The notes under the pieces: generated by a model
The model's input: only the letters and a program-made list of their open reading frames with translations
What the model was told of the DNA's origin: nothing
The model's database searches: none
Translations under genes and position numbers: made by a program
DNA from: Malacoraja senta
Taxonomy: Eukaryota
DNA: 64,000 nt
Assembly: GCA_038087875.1 (NCBI GenBank)
Contig: CM075994.1
Span: 11,658,001-11,722,000 of the forward strand
Direction: 5' to 3'
Shown here: positions 1 to 13,379 of the stretch, in pieces
Layout of the letters: every line of letters begins with the position of its first letter
Numbering within the stretch: position 1 is the stretch's first letter

Positions 1-627
1 CCCGCTCCAAGTCCACATCAGCGCCTCTACGTCCTGAGACGATTACGGAGTTTCGGTATGTCAAAGAGGATTCTCTTGAACTTCTACAGGTGCACAGTAG
101 AGACCATATTGACTAGTTGCATCATTGTCTGGTTCGGCAACTTGAACGTCCGAGTGCGGAAAAGGCTGCAACCTGTTGAAAACACTACCCACTCCATCAC
201 CGGCTCTGACCTCCCCACAATTGAAAGTATTTATCGGAGTCGCTGCCTCAAAAAGGCAGCCGATAACATCAGAAACACACCCCGTCCTGGCCTCACACTC
301 ATTTCACCACTGCCATCGGGAAGAAGGTACAGGAGCCTGAAAACCGTAACGTCCCAGTTCAGGAACAGCTTCTTCCCTACAGCCGTCAGTCTATTAAACA
401 CGACAACCTCATAATAATCAATTGTCATAACAACAATAGATTACAATTATTATTATTGTTGTTGCACTGCAGGACAGTATTGTTGCACTGTCCTGGTTGG
501 TTTTTGAGTATGTGTGTATGTATATATGTATGTATGTGTGTATGTATATATGGGTATGTTGTGAGTATGTGTATATATACACACTGAACCTTTCTTCACT
601 CTCTCTCGTTTGTCATATCATATTATG
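1..627 (+). mobile_element. Rex1/Babar-type LINE, 3' end
   Basis: ORF 58-414 (FYRCTVETILTSCIIVWFGN...LPSGRRYRS...FRNSFFP) is the C-terminal domain after the RT. The 3' UTR resumes at ~1091-1195. Confidence 0.85.
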
Positions 628-1056
628 TGTAGTGCCCATTTGGCTTAATTTTGTGCGTCATAAATTATGCCATTTGCCTTTAAATTTTGTGTGCCTGTAA
701 TTATGTAAGTGGGATTTATTACGTAGTCGGAGGCGTGTTTGCTGCTGGGATTCTTGCGCGGAAGCTGTTAGCTTTTTAGTTTAGTTCGGAGGAGGCATGG
801 AGAAGGAATATCTTTCGACCATACGGAGCTTTCTAACGTTTCTAAGCGATATACTGGAGTCTGACGGATATTAAAGTGTACGTCAAAGAAGCAGGTGAGA
901 TGAATATCTACTGTTTTGCTTCGACAATAAAGAAACTATTATCGAAAGTGTGTTGTGAAGATTTATCTTTCGAAAGGCTTTGAAAGTCTTGTGGAGAGCT
1001 CCCATGTGTAAACCGACACACTCTCCTCACCCCATGTTTTCACCTAAGTGGCTACA
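628..1056 (+). mobile_element. Possible solo LTR inserted into the LINE 3' UTR
   Basis: TGTAG...CTACA inverted termini and an internal AATAAA near 926. It interrupts the Rex1-type tail, but there is no clean target-site duplication (TSD). Confidence 0.35.
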
Positions 1057-1559
1057 GGGAGCGATCTCTTGAACGATATAATAATCTGCCACCATACTAT
1101 GTTTGCACATTCTGTTGTTCTGCAGCAAGTAAGAATGTCATTGTTCTATCTGGGACATATGACGTATGAAATAAAACACCCTCGACTCTTGAATCTAAAA
1201 TGTCAAAGGGCCGAAGTCAGGTCATGTTTGAAATTGTCCGGAAAAGGATGGTGTCCACTTCCGTTGGGTAGGATCACGTGATGTAATATTGGCAGGAGAA
1301 ACATTGTGGAGTGACGGGCCCGTTAGGTGGAAACATTGCACTTAGATGAAGCAGCATCAACCATAAAGGAGATAACCATTACCACTACTAGCAATTGACT
1401 AGATTAGTTGCTGTTTCTTTGCAGGTTTCTACCATGAATGCGTCAGGTTAGAATCAATCGTTCTCCAACCAGCCTACATCTAATTGGCAGACAAACAAAT
1501 TGGAACTTATGCACATCGCTGCCTCAGTTTAGTTGAATATACCTATGTTTTCAGATTCC

Positions 1560-2545
1560 CCCATAACCCTAACCCTTTGGCAACGTCGATAATACGTCGA
1601 CCACACTCGGTAGTAACACAATATTCGCTTAAAATCCCTAAAAGAACCTTCATCTAACCATAACCATAGTTCCTCTTGTTTTCTGATCAGTCTATCATTG
1701 AAAATGTTTCTAACTACATATTCTACATATGCACCTTGTAATTGTTTTAGCTATATCAAGTAATTTCACCGCATTCTTTAGTGCATGGAAAGTAAACAAG
1801 ACTTATCCACCTACGTCCCTTGTCAAACGTCCTCCAAGACTGGCAATATCATCACAAATTCCTTGTACGCTCTATTTAGCCCAAGCACAAATTTCGTCTA
1901 CTGTGGCAATCAGATCTACACAGAGCACAGCAAGTGCTTTACAAATAGTGTATTACAAAAAGGGACCGATTCAGAACCTTTACATCCCACTTGTCGAACT
2001 ATGTAGGCAAACATGCCACACGTCACCCACGACACGTCATCCAGCTGTGTCCCTCTTTGAGGATTTACAGGGAAATGCGGAACTGAACACGTGATTTCCC
2101 TACCCACCATCATTTGTTGCCGCACAACCGTTGACTTATATGACCCACAAATAATTGTCTTCGTAAAATCTATCACCTCGCACTTCTTAATTCCACCTGC
2201 CAACGTTCTGTCAAGCTTTCCATCTGTTCAATATTCAGCCGTAGCGTTGCCAATGCTCCTAGGTTTCCTCAAGATAATCAACTTTCCTTCCATGTACAAA
2301 CCAACCAATCACACTGCCTACATTCACAAATACATTTCATACTTATACAAAAAAAAATACAAGAACACCATCAGCGACCTCGAAGTGCAACAATGGTCAG
2401 GTATTTCTAATGAGATAATAAAACTTCCACCACAACCCGAGGGCTCCACTTAACAAAGTGGCAAAATTGCCTTGACTTCCCTGAAACTTAACCTTCTGGG
2501 CAAGCCTATAATGTGCGATCTTGTGAAATACCTTGTCAAAGTTCA
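1560..2545 (-). mobile_element. Highly decayed CR1 LINE fragment
   Basis: Nucleotide-level resemblance to the reverse-strand RT and 3' region of the younger CR1 copies in this window. No intact ORF. Confidence 0.45.
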
Positions 2546-3884
2546 TTTAGGCAAAGGTTTTCATCAATAATGAAGAGGGCGCCACGCACAGATGCAAGTT
2601 CAGAAAGCGGCGCGCACGGCAGGAGTCTCCCAGAGGACGCCGCGGCCGAGAGAAGACACTGCTGAGCCGGCGGAACGCAGCCGAACGGAAGACCGGGCGG
2701 CAAGGCCGGTAGGAACGAAGAGGAAACCAGGGTCAGGCCTACTCCGTCATTGAGATGGGCTACGAGAGGTACACATGGGACAAAAGATGGGCGTGCGAGG
2801 AGAGGACGTCGTTTCCTGGTCGAGCAACGTAGGCGATGGTTTGTGATGCCGGTAGCATGGAGCTTGCCTGTACCGGGCAACGCTCATAGCAGCTGGAGCG
2901 TGGACTGGACTTGGGAAATGGCACCAAATCATGGCACCCCTTAAATACGGGCTCAATTAATTATGTCTATACAATTGCTGATCGGGCATGATATGCCAAT
3001 ACACTACTGGACTCTTTGTAAGAAATTTATTTCACTGCGTTTGTGCTTCACACATGTGATAAGGAAGCAAAGTTGAACCATTAATGTTAAGTACCTCAAA
3101 TATCCAAGCAAATTTGTGAGCAGTTCCGGCGCCAAGTCTATGCTGACTGTCTCTAATTGTACTCTGCTTTCGAAGTATATATACTTAATATCCCGTCGAA
3201 TTACTCCACTAATATCCCTTGCACTAACATGAGGCTCACCGACTTATGCTTACCTGGCTTGGACCCATTATGCTTCTCAAATACAGGAACAACGTTCACT
3301 ATACTGCAGTTTTCCTTCAGCTCGCCTGCAAGTTATCATTTTTCCATTAGCTATCTCCATCTTTATTTGCTATGGCTTGTAACTGCAGTCCTTTCATTAC
3401 ACCGAGAAGCTCCCCACTGGGTAACTAAACTGTTGCTGCTCTGCTCGAGACCTGGGTTACATCCCCTGGTGACCTCATTGGTTTTCTCCGAGATCTTTGG
3501 ATTCCTCGCACACTCCAAAAACGTACAGGGTGGTCGGCTAATTGGCTGGTAAATTGTAAATTGTCCCTAGGATAGTGTAGGATAATGTTAATGAAAGGTT
3601 TATTCAATTGATTCTGATTGTACGAACAAAGAACTGCAAATGCTGGTTAATGACAATGACAGAAATTGTTGGACTAACTGAATCATTGGAGAAAAAGGAT
3701 GCATTACGCTTCGGAACGGGATCCTTCTTCACACTCATTGCCTCTTCTGATTACACTGTTGACCGGATGGTACCTGGTTGTCAGGTATAACAGGGACAAA
3801 CATAAAAACTTATAATAAAGTGCTTTATAATTACGAATATGCTATCTTCTGATTTCTTGTTCGCGAACTGATTATTCACCATCA

Positions 3885-4650
3885 CAATGATAATCATAAT
3901 CAGAATTACTTTATTAGCCAAGTATGTTTTGCAACATACGCGGAATTTGATTTGCCCTACATTCATACCAATATAAAGCAAGAAAACACACCAAAATGCA
4001 ATTTAACATAAACATCCACATTCCTCACTGTGATGGAAGGCGAAACAAAGTTCCATTTCTTTTCTTCTTTGTTCTCCCGCGGTCGGGGGCCTCGATCCTT
4101 CCGTTGACGGAACGATCTTGACTCCAGTAGCCGATGGCGTTTGGGCCCTCGCGTCGGGGCGATCAAATTCCTGCATGGGGGGGGGAAGATTTCAGCTCCC
4201 CCGCGCCGGGCGATCTACCCCTAGTCGGGGCTAGTCGAACCTCGTGCGACTTTGGAGCTTCCCGACATCAGTCTCTACCCAAGATTGCGAGTTCCTCAAT
4301 GGTGCAATCCGCAGGTCGCTGTTGGAGCGTCGATCCCAGGCAAGGGATCGACTCCGATGGTAAGTTCACGGCCCAGCGGTGGGGCTAAAGTGAGTCTCGA
4401 GCAAGGCCGCCAGCTCCATGATGTTAGGTCGCAGAGCGACCGCATATACGATCCGGAAAACATTCGCATCTCCGGCAAGGTAAGAGATTAAAACAAAGTT
4501 TCCCCCGACCCACTCCCCCACCCCCGACATACAACAAACCAGAGAACATAACAGAAACTTGTAAAACACACTAACAATAACAAAAACTACGAAGAAACAG
4601 GCCGACCGTTGGTGAGGCTGGCATCATTGACGGCACCACCCGGTGGAAGA
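3885..4650 (-). mobile_element. GC-rich non-autonomous LINE-tailed repeat, copy 1
   Basis: Shares GCCGCCAGCTCCA.GATGTTA.G.CGCAG...ATACGAT.CGGAAAA...CGC.TCTCCG with 9140-9240. It ends on the minus strand in AATAAA plus a short tandem tail. Confidence 0.55.
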
Positions 4651-6004
4651 ATATGCCCATTCTATTGTACAATGTTATAATAACTTCCAAGCAAACCTCT
4701 GATTGACTTATACTGCTTGTAAATTATAGTAACCATTTCGGTGCAGACGGTTTAATTTAGTTTATACATACAGCGCGGAAACAGGACCCTCGGCCCAGCG
4801 AATCCGCACTGACCAGCGATCCCCGCACACCAACATCATCTTCCACACACAAGGAACAATTTACACTGAAAGCGAAGAACTCATAGAAGGTACAAAGTCC
4901 ATACACATAGCACCCGTTGTCGGGATCGACCTCTGGCGCTTTAAGCGCTGTAAGGCAGCAACACTATCGCTGCGCGACCGGTGTAGTCTTCTTTACACAG
5001 GAAACATCAAATATATATTATTTGCAGAATTTGGGGAAAGCTGAAACTGCGGTTTCATTGTCATTCACTTCCCGACTTGAAGCCAGTCCGTTGTCTGTTC
5101 AGTTGGACGCAGGCACTATTCCTAATGCCCTTTTAAGAAACATCCGTTATTCATCACAACGCTCATGACATTGACATTGACGATCCCTGAGGAATTCCAC
5201 CATGATGTTGGAACAAATTAGGCAATACAGTAAGCCATTTCCTTTTTATCTCTCTTTATGTTCATACTCACTACATACATTGCATGGCTTTCCAAATATT
5301 GCCAGCGTTCTCCTTCAATCTATATTTTATTTGGGCACGATAGGAAACATCTCGCCATGGACCATGCACTGCTTTCGATCGTACCCCTCCTCTTATTTAT
5401 CTCCACCTGCCAATGTCTCCAATTAGATCAGCCGTTAATAGCAAGACTTCAACACCGCAATACTCTGATGCCACTACTGTGTCTATCTGCGAGGCGCCCC
5501 TGCTCCTCACCTTATCATAAACCTTATGTGTTCAATAGATTCATTGCTGAACCTACTAAGAACCTTGAAATATGTATATATTCGAATGAGAATACATTGA
5601 CCTTCAACGCCTTCTCTGGTGCATTCACAATAGATATTGCGTGACATGAGTATTGGTAGAACTTCCCCTTGTCATTCATGAACACGCATTCTCATTAATA
5701 GTAGGAAGAGTGCCACTTACCCTCTCCCCCCCCCCCCACCATACACACACATGTTAAGCTGATGTGACTGATATTTCTGCTAAAATAAGCAAACATCTGC
5801 TGAACTATTTACTTCGTCAAACGAAAGGCTCTATGGTGCTTATGATTTTTTTTTATCCCTTTCAGGATAACAATATGTTGCAGGCGTTTATGTAAACATG
5901 ACGGACGCTGATATGTTCAGGAATGGACATTCAGGTGTGTGCTAATTACTCCTTAAATTCATTTAAATGCGAATATGTCTCATGAGTTTTTCAAACCGTG
6001 TAAT

Positions 6005-6910
6005 CTACTTGAATAATTTACAAAGAAAAACAAGTGGCCTTCTAATAATTGTCTTCAGTTCTTCTCTGAATTTGCTTTGGGAGGCAGCATAAATGAAGGT
6101 GTTTGTGCAAGTATTAAAAAAATCTTAACTGGAATCCAGTTTCTTCCGCAATGCTGAATGGGTCACTGTAATCAGATTTCATCAGTTCGTTATCGGTAAA
6201 ATATAGAGAAATGACGCAAGAAAAATTTACCATCCACAACAAAAGGAAACTGCCAGATATAGCGAGTAGTAAAATTATTGATTTTCTTCGGTTTTCAATT
6301 TCTTGATCCATCTGGCTCTTCTCGCTTTCCTTTCCCCGGAGTTTGCTTCTGACTCTGTTCGCCCGTATAATGTGACTTATAGTTAAGGTGTTGAACAGAG
6401 GTATCAACACAAATGGCAGAAACGGGGTTAAGATGTTCTCCATCCATAAAAATGCAGCCCAGATAGATAAAGTGTAGAAGTTTGATTTCACATTACAGAA
6501 CCATGGAACCTGGTCAATTATATCGCGATGTTCAAGTAAGAAGTAGATTGGTATATTTTCTATAATGCAGAATATACAAACAATTGTGATAACCCTTGAT
6601 GCAATTTTTACAGTGCAAAATTTCATTCGTAACGAGTGGCAACAAATCGCAACAAATCGATCAAAGGTAAAGGCCACAGTTAGCCAGACGGAGCAGTCAA
6701 TAGCAATATAAATCAGAGTCAGATTAATGCGGCAGATGGGAGTGTAATGGAGAAATGACCGTGGAAAAAACGCGTCATTAATCTGATAAAACATCGCACC
6801 AACTATCAAATGCAGTAGGTCACTTGCCGCCATACACACCAGATATCGGGTAATGCATCTGGAGAGTCCGCACCTTCCTCTGGACAAGATGAATATTGTC
6901 AACAAATTAG
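6005..6910 (-). CDS. GPCR paralog A, exon 2 (class A 7TM, GPR139-like); +1 frameshift in an A7 run at 6116-6122
   Basis: Acceptor tttctag, then (A)NLLTIFILSRGRCGLSRCITRYL, SDL, FTFDRFVAIC, ENIP, TPFLPF and RRKSIILL. Removing one base from the homopolymer restores RFFNTCTNTFIYAASQSKFREEL...LFK with a stop at 6005-6007 (324 aa with exon 1). Confidence 0.85.
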
Positions 6911-8039
6911 CTAGAAACAATGAAGGGAATTGTATTAAGATGTATCTTCCTTCGGGAGCAGTTAAACTTATATTACACTTCTTTCAGATGTTGCATTTGT
7001 TTATTTATGCACGTTTTACTTTAAACCATGGAATTAATTATAACCAGAATATGGTTTCTTATGACCCACTTTATGAAGCCGAAGATCTGGACGAGATGAG
7101 GCTATTTCAGGAAGAAGTGCAATCAGGCATTCGGTTTTATTGTGTTTCATATTTCCGGTCAACAATCATTGCACTTCCCATCTGGAGAAAATTATCTGTG
7201 ATTTTGCGATTCAGCAGTGAGCATGCTTAGATAAGCGGTAGGCATGCTTTAACGGGTTTTTTCCCCTGATAGGATATTTACGATTTACGATTTTTAAATT
7301 ACGGATTTCCTAAAATATTATACTATATTTTACATTTACCAGCAGTTAAATTTATTATTTTCCAGTCATCATGCCTAAACGATCCTCGGTATGTTTCGTA
7401 ATTATTATAAAAAAGTAGCGATCATATAAGTAATCACATATACCAGGCAAAAGCCTAATGGAGAACACGTCCATATGTTGGCATTTGAACATTTCTGCAA
7501 GCATAATCGATAACTGTATTGAGAAGCGTGTTGACTTCATGTAAAGTTACATAACTTACCAGGATCGTTTTGTACGCCGTCGTCGAAACCACCAGCCAAC
7601 GGATGCTCTTTTTGCAGAACCCGCAAATCTCTCATCGGAGAATTAAAATTGTATTTTGACTGATCGTGGAAAATACCAGTTGTCAATGTTGCTTTGTTGC
7701 ATGTTTTCAATTTCTCATTCTTATCTAGACTAAATCAGCACCAGTTTGCAATTCTGGCATTAATAATTCAATAAATGTGTGCATTAGTAATGTATTTATT
7801 ATGTATCTTTTATCGTCAAGCAGGAAATACAAGCCAGGACCAAAATCGATAGATTACTCATTTTGGACGATTAAGATAGAATGCATTTGCAGTTGAAACA
7901 AAATGCTTCACTAATTGCGAAGGTGTAATCCCACGGCCATTGTGAGGAAGATAAAGCATGTGGGAGAAAAAACCCTCAAGGGGGCGATTAGAAGCCCAGA
8001 AGGGTCTTTGAAATGTCATTGGCGGAATGGATTCATGAC

Positions 8040-8555
8040 ATCCCAAAGTATTCTCTAGGTCCGTTAATCACAAGCGGGTCAACCACGAGAATGTAGAACG
8101 CTGAAAGTTAAAGGAGCATATATATATGATTGAAGTTGGAGGATGTGGCTGAAGTGCTCAACGGGTAGCTTTCGTCTGCACTGACAGAGAAGAAGGACTT
8201 GGATGACAGTATGATTACTGTGGAGAACTACATAAACAAGCTCGAACAGTTTGCGATCTAGAAGGAGATTGTGCTGAGGCTCCTGAAGAGCATTAACATG
8301 GTTATGTCCCCAAGGCCAAAGATCTATCACAATTTGTTGATGGAGGGAAGAGACGAGAATGTGGGAGCCTTGACGATAATATTTGTTTCTTTTCCAGCCA
8401 CAGGGGAGGAGCAGAAGAGTGGACAATGTTGTTCCTTTGTTTTTGGGAAGGGTTTTGGAGAGGGTCCAAGGAGCAAGATTCAGTGGTAATGGAACTATCG
8501 GAGAGAATTATTCGAGACAGGATTAGCTCGCATTTGGAAGCTCGCATTATGAGAG
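8040..8555 (+). mobile_element. Decayed CR1 ORF2 fragment
   Basis: EDVAEVLN..., SPRP.IY..L.E.R.E..GAL and ERIIRDRISSHLE resemble CR1 linker/RT N-terminal motifs (compare ERILKDNIYKHLD at ~40660). Confidence 0.65.
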
Positions 8556-8569
8556 GCATAGGGTTAATG

Positions 8570-9340
8570 GTTGAATGGTTCAATGGTCCTTTATTGTCAC
8601 GTGTGCCGAGGTACAGTGACATTTGATTTACCATACAGTCTACCAAAATAGCAACAAGATACAAAACTACATAAAGATTAAACATAAACAGCCACCACAG
8701 CGGCGTGTGAGAATCCCCAGGGCACACAGCAAAAGCGGAGACCCACAGCCATCAGTTCAATGTCCGGGCGGCACACACGCTCCTTCACCGAGAGTGACCA
8801 GACTTGTACCGACCGCTCTCACTCTCTCTGCAGTCCCTGTGCACCCGAACAGTCAGGAAGCCGTCCACACTCGAGAGTAGACTCCGGATGACCTCATGGC
8901 ACGATGTCCCCGCAAATACCGAGATCACGGCACTCACGGCACTCCCTCGGAGTCCCCACCAGCGCAGGCAGCACGTCCATCTTATTTTTCGGCGACTTCA
9001 CATTCCCCACTGCAATGAAGTCAAATAACTTGTACATTCTCCTTCCTTTTCCCCCGCGGTAGGGCGATAGAAACATCCGCAACGCTCTAGGCTCCCGCGA
9101 TCGGGACGGTTGGAGCTCCCGCAGTCGATCCCTAAGAAAGGGACCGCCAGCTCCAGGATGTTAAGGCCGCAGTGCGTACGGAAATACGATACGGAAAAGG
9201 TCGCCTCTCCGTCGAGGGAAAAGATAAAACAAGTTCCCATCCTCCCCCCCCCCCCACCCATAATACAAAAACTAAAGGTCCACTAAAAATATACAATTAA
9301 AGCAGACTAAAAACAACAACATTAGAAAGGCGTCACCGGT
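8570..9340 (-). mobile_element. GC-rich non-autonomous LINE-tailed repeat, copy 2
   Basis: Homologous 5' part to 4400-4600. The GACAATAAA...CCATTGAACCATT tail is also seen on LINE ends in this window. Confidence 0.55.
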
Positions 9341-10066
9341 CGAGTAGACAATCAGAATTTTATTAACCTGGTGCAAAATTCGAGGTTGTAGCAATAATAT
9401 GAGAGGGGGAATATTAAGTGGGTTCTGCGGATACGTTATTTTTTACGTTGAGAGTGGTGGGGGTCTGGACGGCATCGGCCTCGGTGGTTGCGGAGGCAGG
9501 TAACGTAGTGGTGATTCAGACGCTTATAGATCGGCATATGGAAGTGCAAAGAATAGTCGGATGTGTTCTGTGCATAGGCAGAGACAATCGCCACGAACAA
9601 AGGCTTGATTGTCTAACAAATAAAATATCTTACTATTAAATTATCACAGACGGGTCGGTTTCTAATTGTCGAACCTGTTTTGGAATACATGCAGCCCAGA
9701 GTACAAATATACATTTGGGAAGATTCTGCAAGGATTCATTTACAGAAATGTGGCTGGATTGCTCTACCACATGGAATATAACCCAGCTACAACATTCATA
9801 TCAATTGCAGAGTTCCCGGAAAAAATGTCAGATTGGTTGGGGTTTTTTTTGTGTCAGTGCCGTTATTGTTTGACCAGTTTCATAGACGTCTGATAAGTAT
9901 CAGATCTATTCGCAGCTAGTTATCAATGTCGGCATATATAAATAATATGTCAACATATACATATGTATAGGAAAGAACTGCAGATGCTGGTTTAAATCAA
10001 AGATAAACACAAAATGCTGGAGTACCTCAGCGGGAAATGCAGGATCTCGAGAGAGAAGGAATGGGT

Positions 10067-10094
10067 GACGTTTCGTGTCGAGACCCTTCTTCAG
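10067..10094 (-). ncRNA. Minimal hammerhead ribozyme motif in a short Penelope-derived element (9965-10130)
   Basis: Reverse strand CTGAAGAAGGGTCTCGACACGAAACGTC, with one stem II mismatch. Confidence 0.5.
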
Positions 10095-10205
10095 AGTCTC
10101 CACACGAAACATCACCCATTAATTCTCTCCATATATATATGTATGCCGGTGAACGTCTAACGAGTTATAAAGCGTACATATAATAATATCATGCTAATGG
10201 CTTAC

Positions 10206-10275
10206 CAGGAACACCAATTATCACAAGAATTGGATAGTAAATGCGTTCTACGAGTAACTTGACCGCTAATCCCAT
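10206..10275 (-). CDS. GPCR paralog A (GPR139/GPR142-like), exon 1
   Basis: Reverse strand reads MGLAVKLLVERIYYPILVIIGVP plus one base G, then a GTAAGC donor. The exon is 70 nt, phase 1, and homologous to three other 70-nt exons in the window. Not in the ORF track. Confidence 0.85.
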
Positions 10276-10584
10276 CGTCAAAGGGAAGCGACGTTTCCAG
10301 TTAGTTGAAGAAACGGATCTCTTGCTTTCTTGCTTACCTGTTATTTATATCTGAGATAAACCTCGAGGGTATAGCGAGCCTTGCAAAATAGTCGGAATGT
10401 TCCACTCCCTTTATCACACAATAAAGGCGATTTTTGTTTATTGCCACTGTTTAAGACAATTTTAGCACGCATGCTCAGGAAATATATTGAATGATAAAAG
10501 ACTATTTATGGGAGACGTGCGCTCGTGTCGATGAGCATGAGTTTGTATGTGGATGTGCAGGGAATGGAGAAATAAATCAATCAA

Positions 10585-11710
10585 TCAAAACTTTATTGTC
10601 ATTCAGAAATACATCAATAAATGCAATTCCGAACGAAATTTCGTTGCATCTGGCTCCCCGTGCAACACAAAACAACAGAAGTATTAAATGAATAAAATGG
10701 ATAAAAAGATAAAATGGATAAAAAGATAAAATAGATAATGGTGGCGGCACATTAGATGGCATTCAAGAGTCTGATGGCTCGGGGGAAGAAGCTGTTGCAA
10801 AACCTGGCCGTTCTGCTCATTATACTACGATATCTTTTTCCCGAGGGCAGCAGAGTGAACAGTTCATGATGAAGATGTGTGGGGTCCTTTATAATACTGC
10901 TGGCCTTAGACAAGCAACGTTTGCACGCAATGTCCCCGATTGAAGGAAGAGTAGTCCCGATGATTTTTTCAGCCGTCCTCACCACTCTCTGCACGGACTT
11001 CCAGTCGGAGGCTTTACAGTCCCCAAACCAGACACAGATGCAGCTGGTCAGAATGCTCTCTATGGTGCCCCTGTAGAAAGTGGTGAGGACGGGATGGGGG
11101 AGGCGAGCTCTTCTCATCTGGCGGAGAAAGTGCAACCGCTGCTGCGCTTTCTTAACTAATGATGTGATGTTTTTTGACCAGGTCAGATTGTTCGTGATCT
11201 TCACCCCCAGGAAATTAGTGCTACTGACCAACTCCACATCGCTGTCATTAATGTGAAGTGGTGTGTGACTGTGCAGGTTTTTCCTGAAGTCGACGATCAC
11301 CTCCTTTGTTTTGTCGACATTCAGATATTTCACCTACTCCCTGTAAGCCAGTTCATTGTCGTCCCGGATAAGGTCCACCACTGTTGTGTCATCTGCGTAC
11401 TTCATGATGCGGTTTGTACTAAATCTGGCACAACAGTCGTGGGTCATCTGGGTAAACAGCAGTGGACTCAGGACGCAGCCCTGAGGGGAGCCGGTGCTCA
11501 GAGAGATGATGTTGGAGGTGTTGTTTCCAACCCGCACTGGCTGGGATCTCTCAGTGAGGAAGTCCAGTAGCCAGTTACACAAGGCCCAATGGACCCAGTT
11601 TGCTTACCAGGTGCTGAGGGATGATTGTATTGAACGCTGAACTGAAGTCCACGAACAGCATTCGCACATATGTGTTCTTCTCCTCTAGATGTTCCAGGCT
11701 CAAATATAGA
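10585..11710 (-). mobile_element. Rex1/Babar-type LINE, 5'-truncated, RT region
   Basis: ORFs 11334-11582 ([32 protein letters not shown]) and 10752-11333 (LNVDKTKE, KKAQQRL, FYRGTIESILT, LPSGKRY), with a (TGAT)n tail. Confidence 0.92.
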
Positions 11711-13379
11711 TTGCTTTCAAGCAGATGGCATTAGTTTACTTTGGCATCATCTTCAGCACAAACATTGTGAACCTGCGCTTAGCTGTTTTATGTTCTATGA
11801 TTAATAGATGTTGTGGACATCTGACATGTTCTCTGCAACACTACTATGCTGTAAATTCTATAAATGCTGTACAATGGTATATTTTGGGGGTCTGGTGTTT
11901 TTCTTTCCACTACCATCTCTCTGTGGTACGTTTATATGGCTTGATTATATTCATCTGTGGTGTAATTTGAGTGGATGTCAGGCACATAAGGCTTTTCACG
12001 GAATGTAGACAAACATGTAGACAAACCAAATCAATCAAACGAAATCATCATAGGACTCAGATAGATTTGTTTTCATTTTATATCAAAGTAAAAATAGATA
12101 TGTTTTATTGATAAAGATGTAGAAAGGCTGGAATTCTGTCAATCAATGAATGTTGGGTTGAAACATTAGACCGGATAACACGCTGGATTCAGTGACTTAT
12201 CATGGCTACCTTTTCTTTCACAATGTTTTATAGCTGAATGGACGACGAAAAGAGCGCCGCATCCATGCAGCCCGCATATTTCTCGCTAACATCCAGTCTC
12301 CCTCGACAAGCTTGAACACGCCTGCCGTTTCAAAGCGAATTTAGGAGTCCGTGTGTTCTCTGTTGCTCACTCTAAGTGAGCTGACCCTGCCATGCAACCC
12401 GAGGTTTTCTACACTTATTGTATGGCAGCGCCGAAGAGAAAAGCTGCGGCTTCTCCTTTTGGCCAGTGCTTCTTAGTGCACTTTGACGATCCCACTCTCC
12501 TGGCCTGGAATAGCCGTTCGTAATATCCCGTCACTGATTATCTACCGTGGGAATTCACCTCAACTACCTTTTCCGCAGTCCACAAACCACCACAAGCCAA
12601 AGCCGACGCAGCACTGGACGTGTTATATACGATGGTCCATTGCTTTCAGACTGAGAATGCGGAGATCCTGTTCAGTATCACCGCTGACTCCAATGAAGCT
12701 TAAAATAAACGTGTATTATGAATGCAATCCGAACGTCCTTGCGCCAAGGGGGATGGTAAAACTCTTGATCATTGCTCTACAACATTAAAGGTTGCTAATC
12801 GGTCGTTTCCTTCCCCTCGTTTCGGCCAGTCTAGGCATCTGTTTGGGTGTCTTCTGTCGGCTTACATATAGTGATTGGAGCATGAGATACCAAAGTAAAG
12901 TGTAATGTAGTAGCGGTGTGAAGATGCCCAGCGTCCATTTCCAGAGTGTTTCGAGTCACTGAACTGGAACGTGATCAAGACCACTTGATGCAGCTTGAAC
13001 GAGTACATCTCAGTACTGCTCAATTTCATCCAGAAATACGCTGTCGATTCCGTTTTATCAACCACAGTTTACATCAATCTTAACCAACAATCGCTGATGT
13101 AGAGGGAGATGTACGCTCTGCTAATGCCCAGATCCGAGGAATTCAGGACCGGTGATCCTCGAGTGTACAGAGGTCCAATCATCATATCTGCAAGGATGCA
13201 AGAAGAGATTTCTGTAGCAAGCTTGATGCTCAATTAAATCACGAGGGTGCCAAGTGAACACACTTCCACCTTGCAGCGTCTGCCCCTTACATCGTGATGG
13301 AAGTCAAATCTCCATCCAGAAATGTAAACTTAGAGGAAGCTGCTAGCGCGGGGGGAATACCTGGGTGAGTTCTGATATC

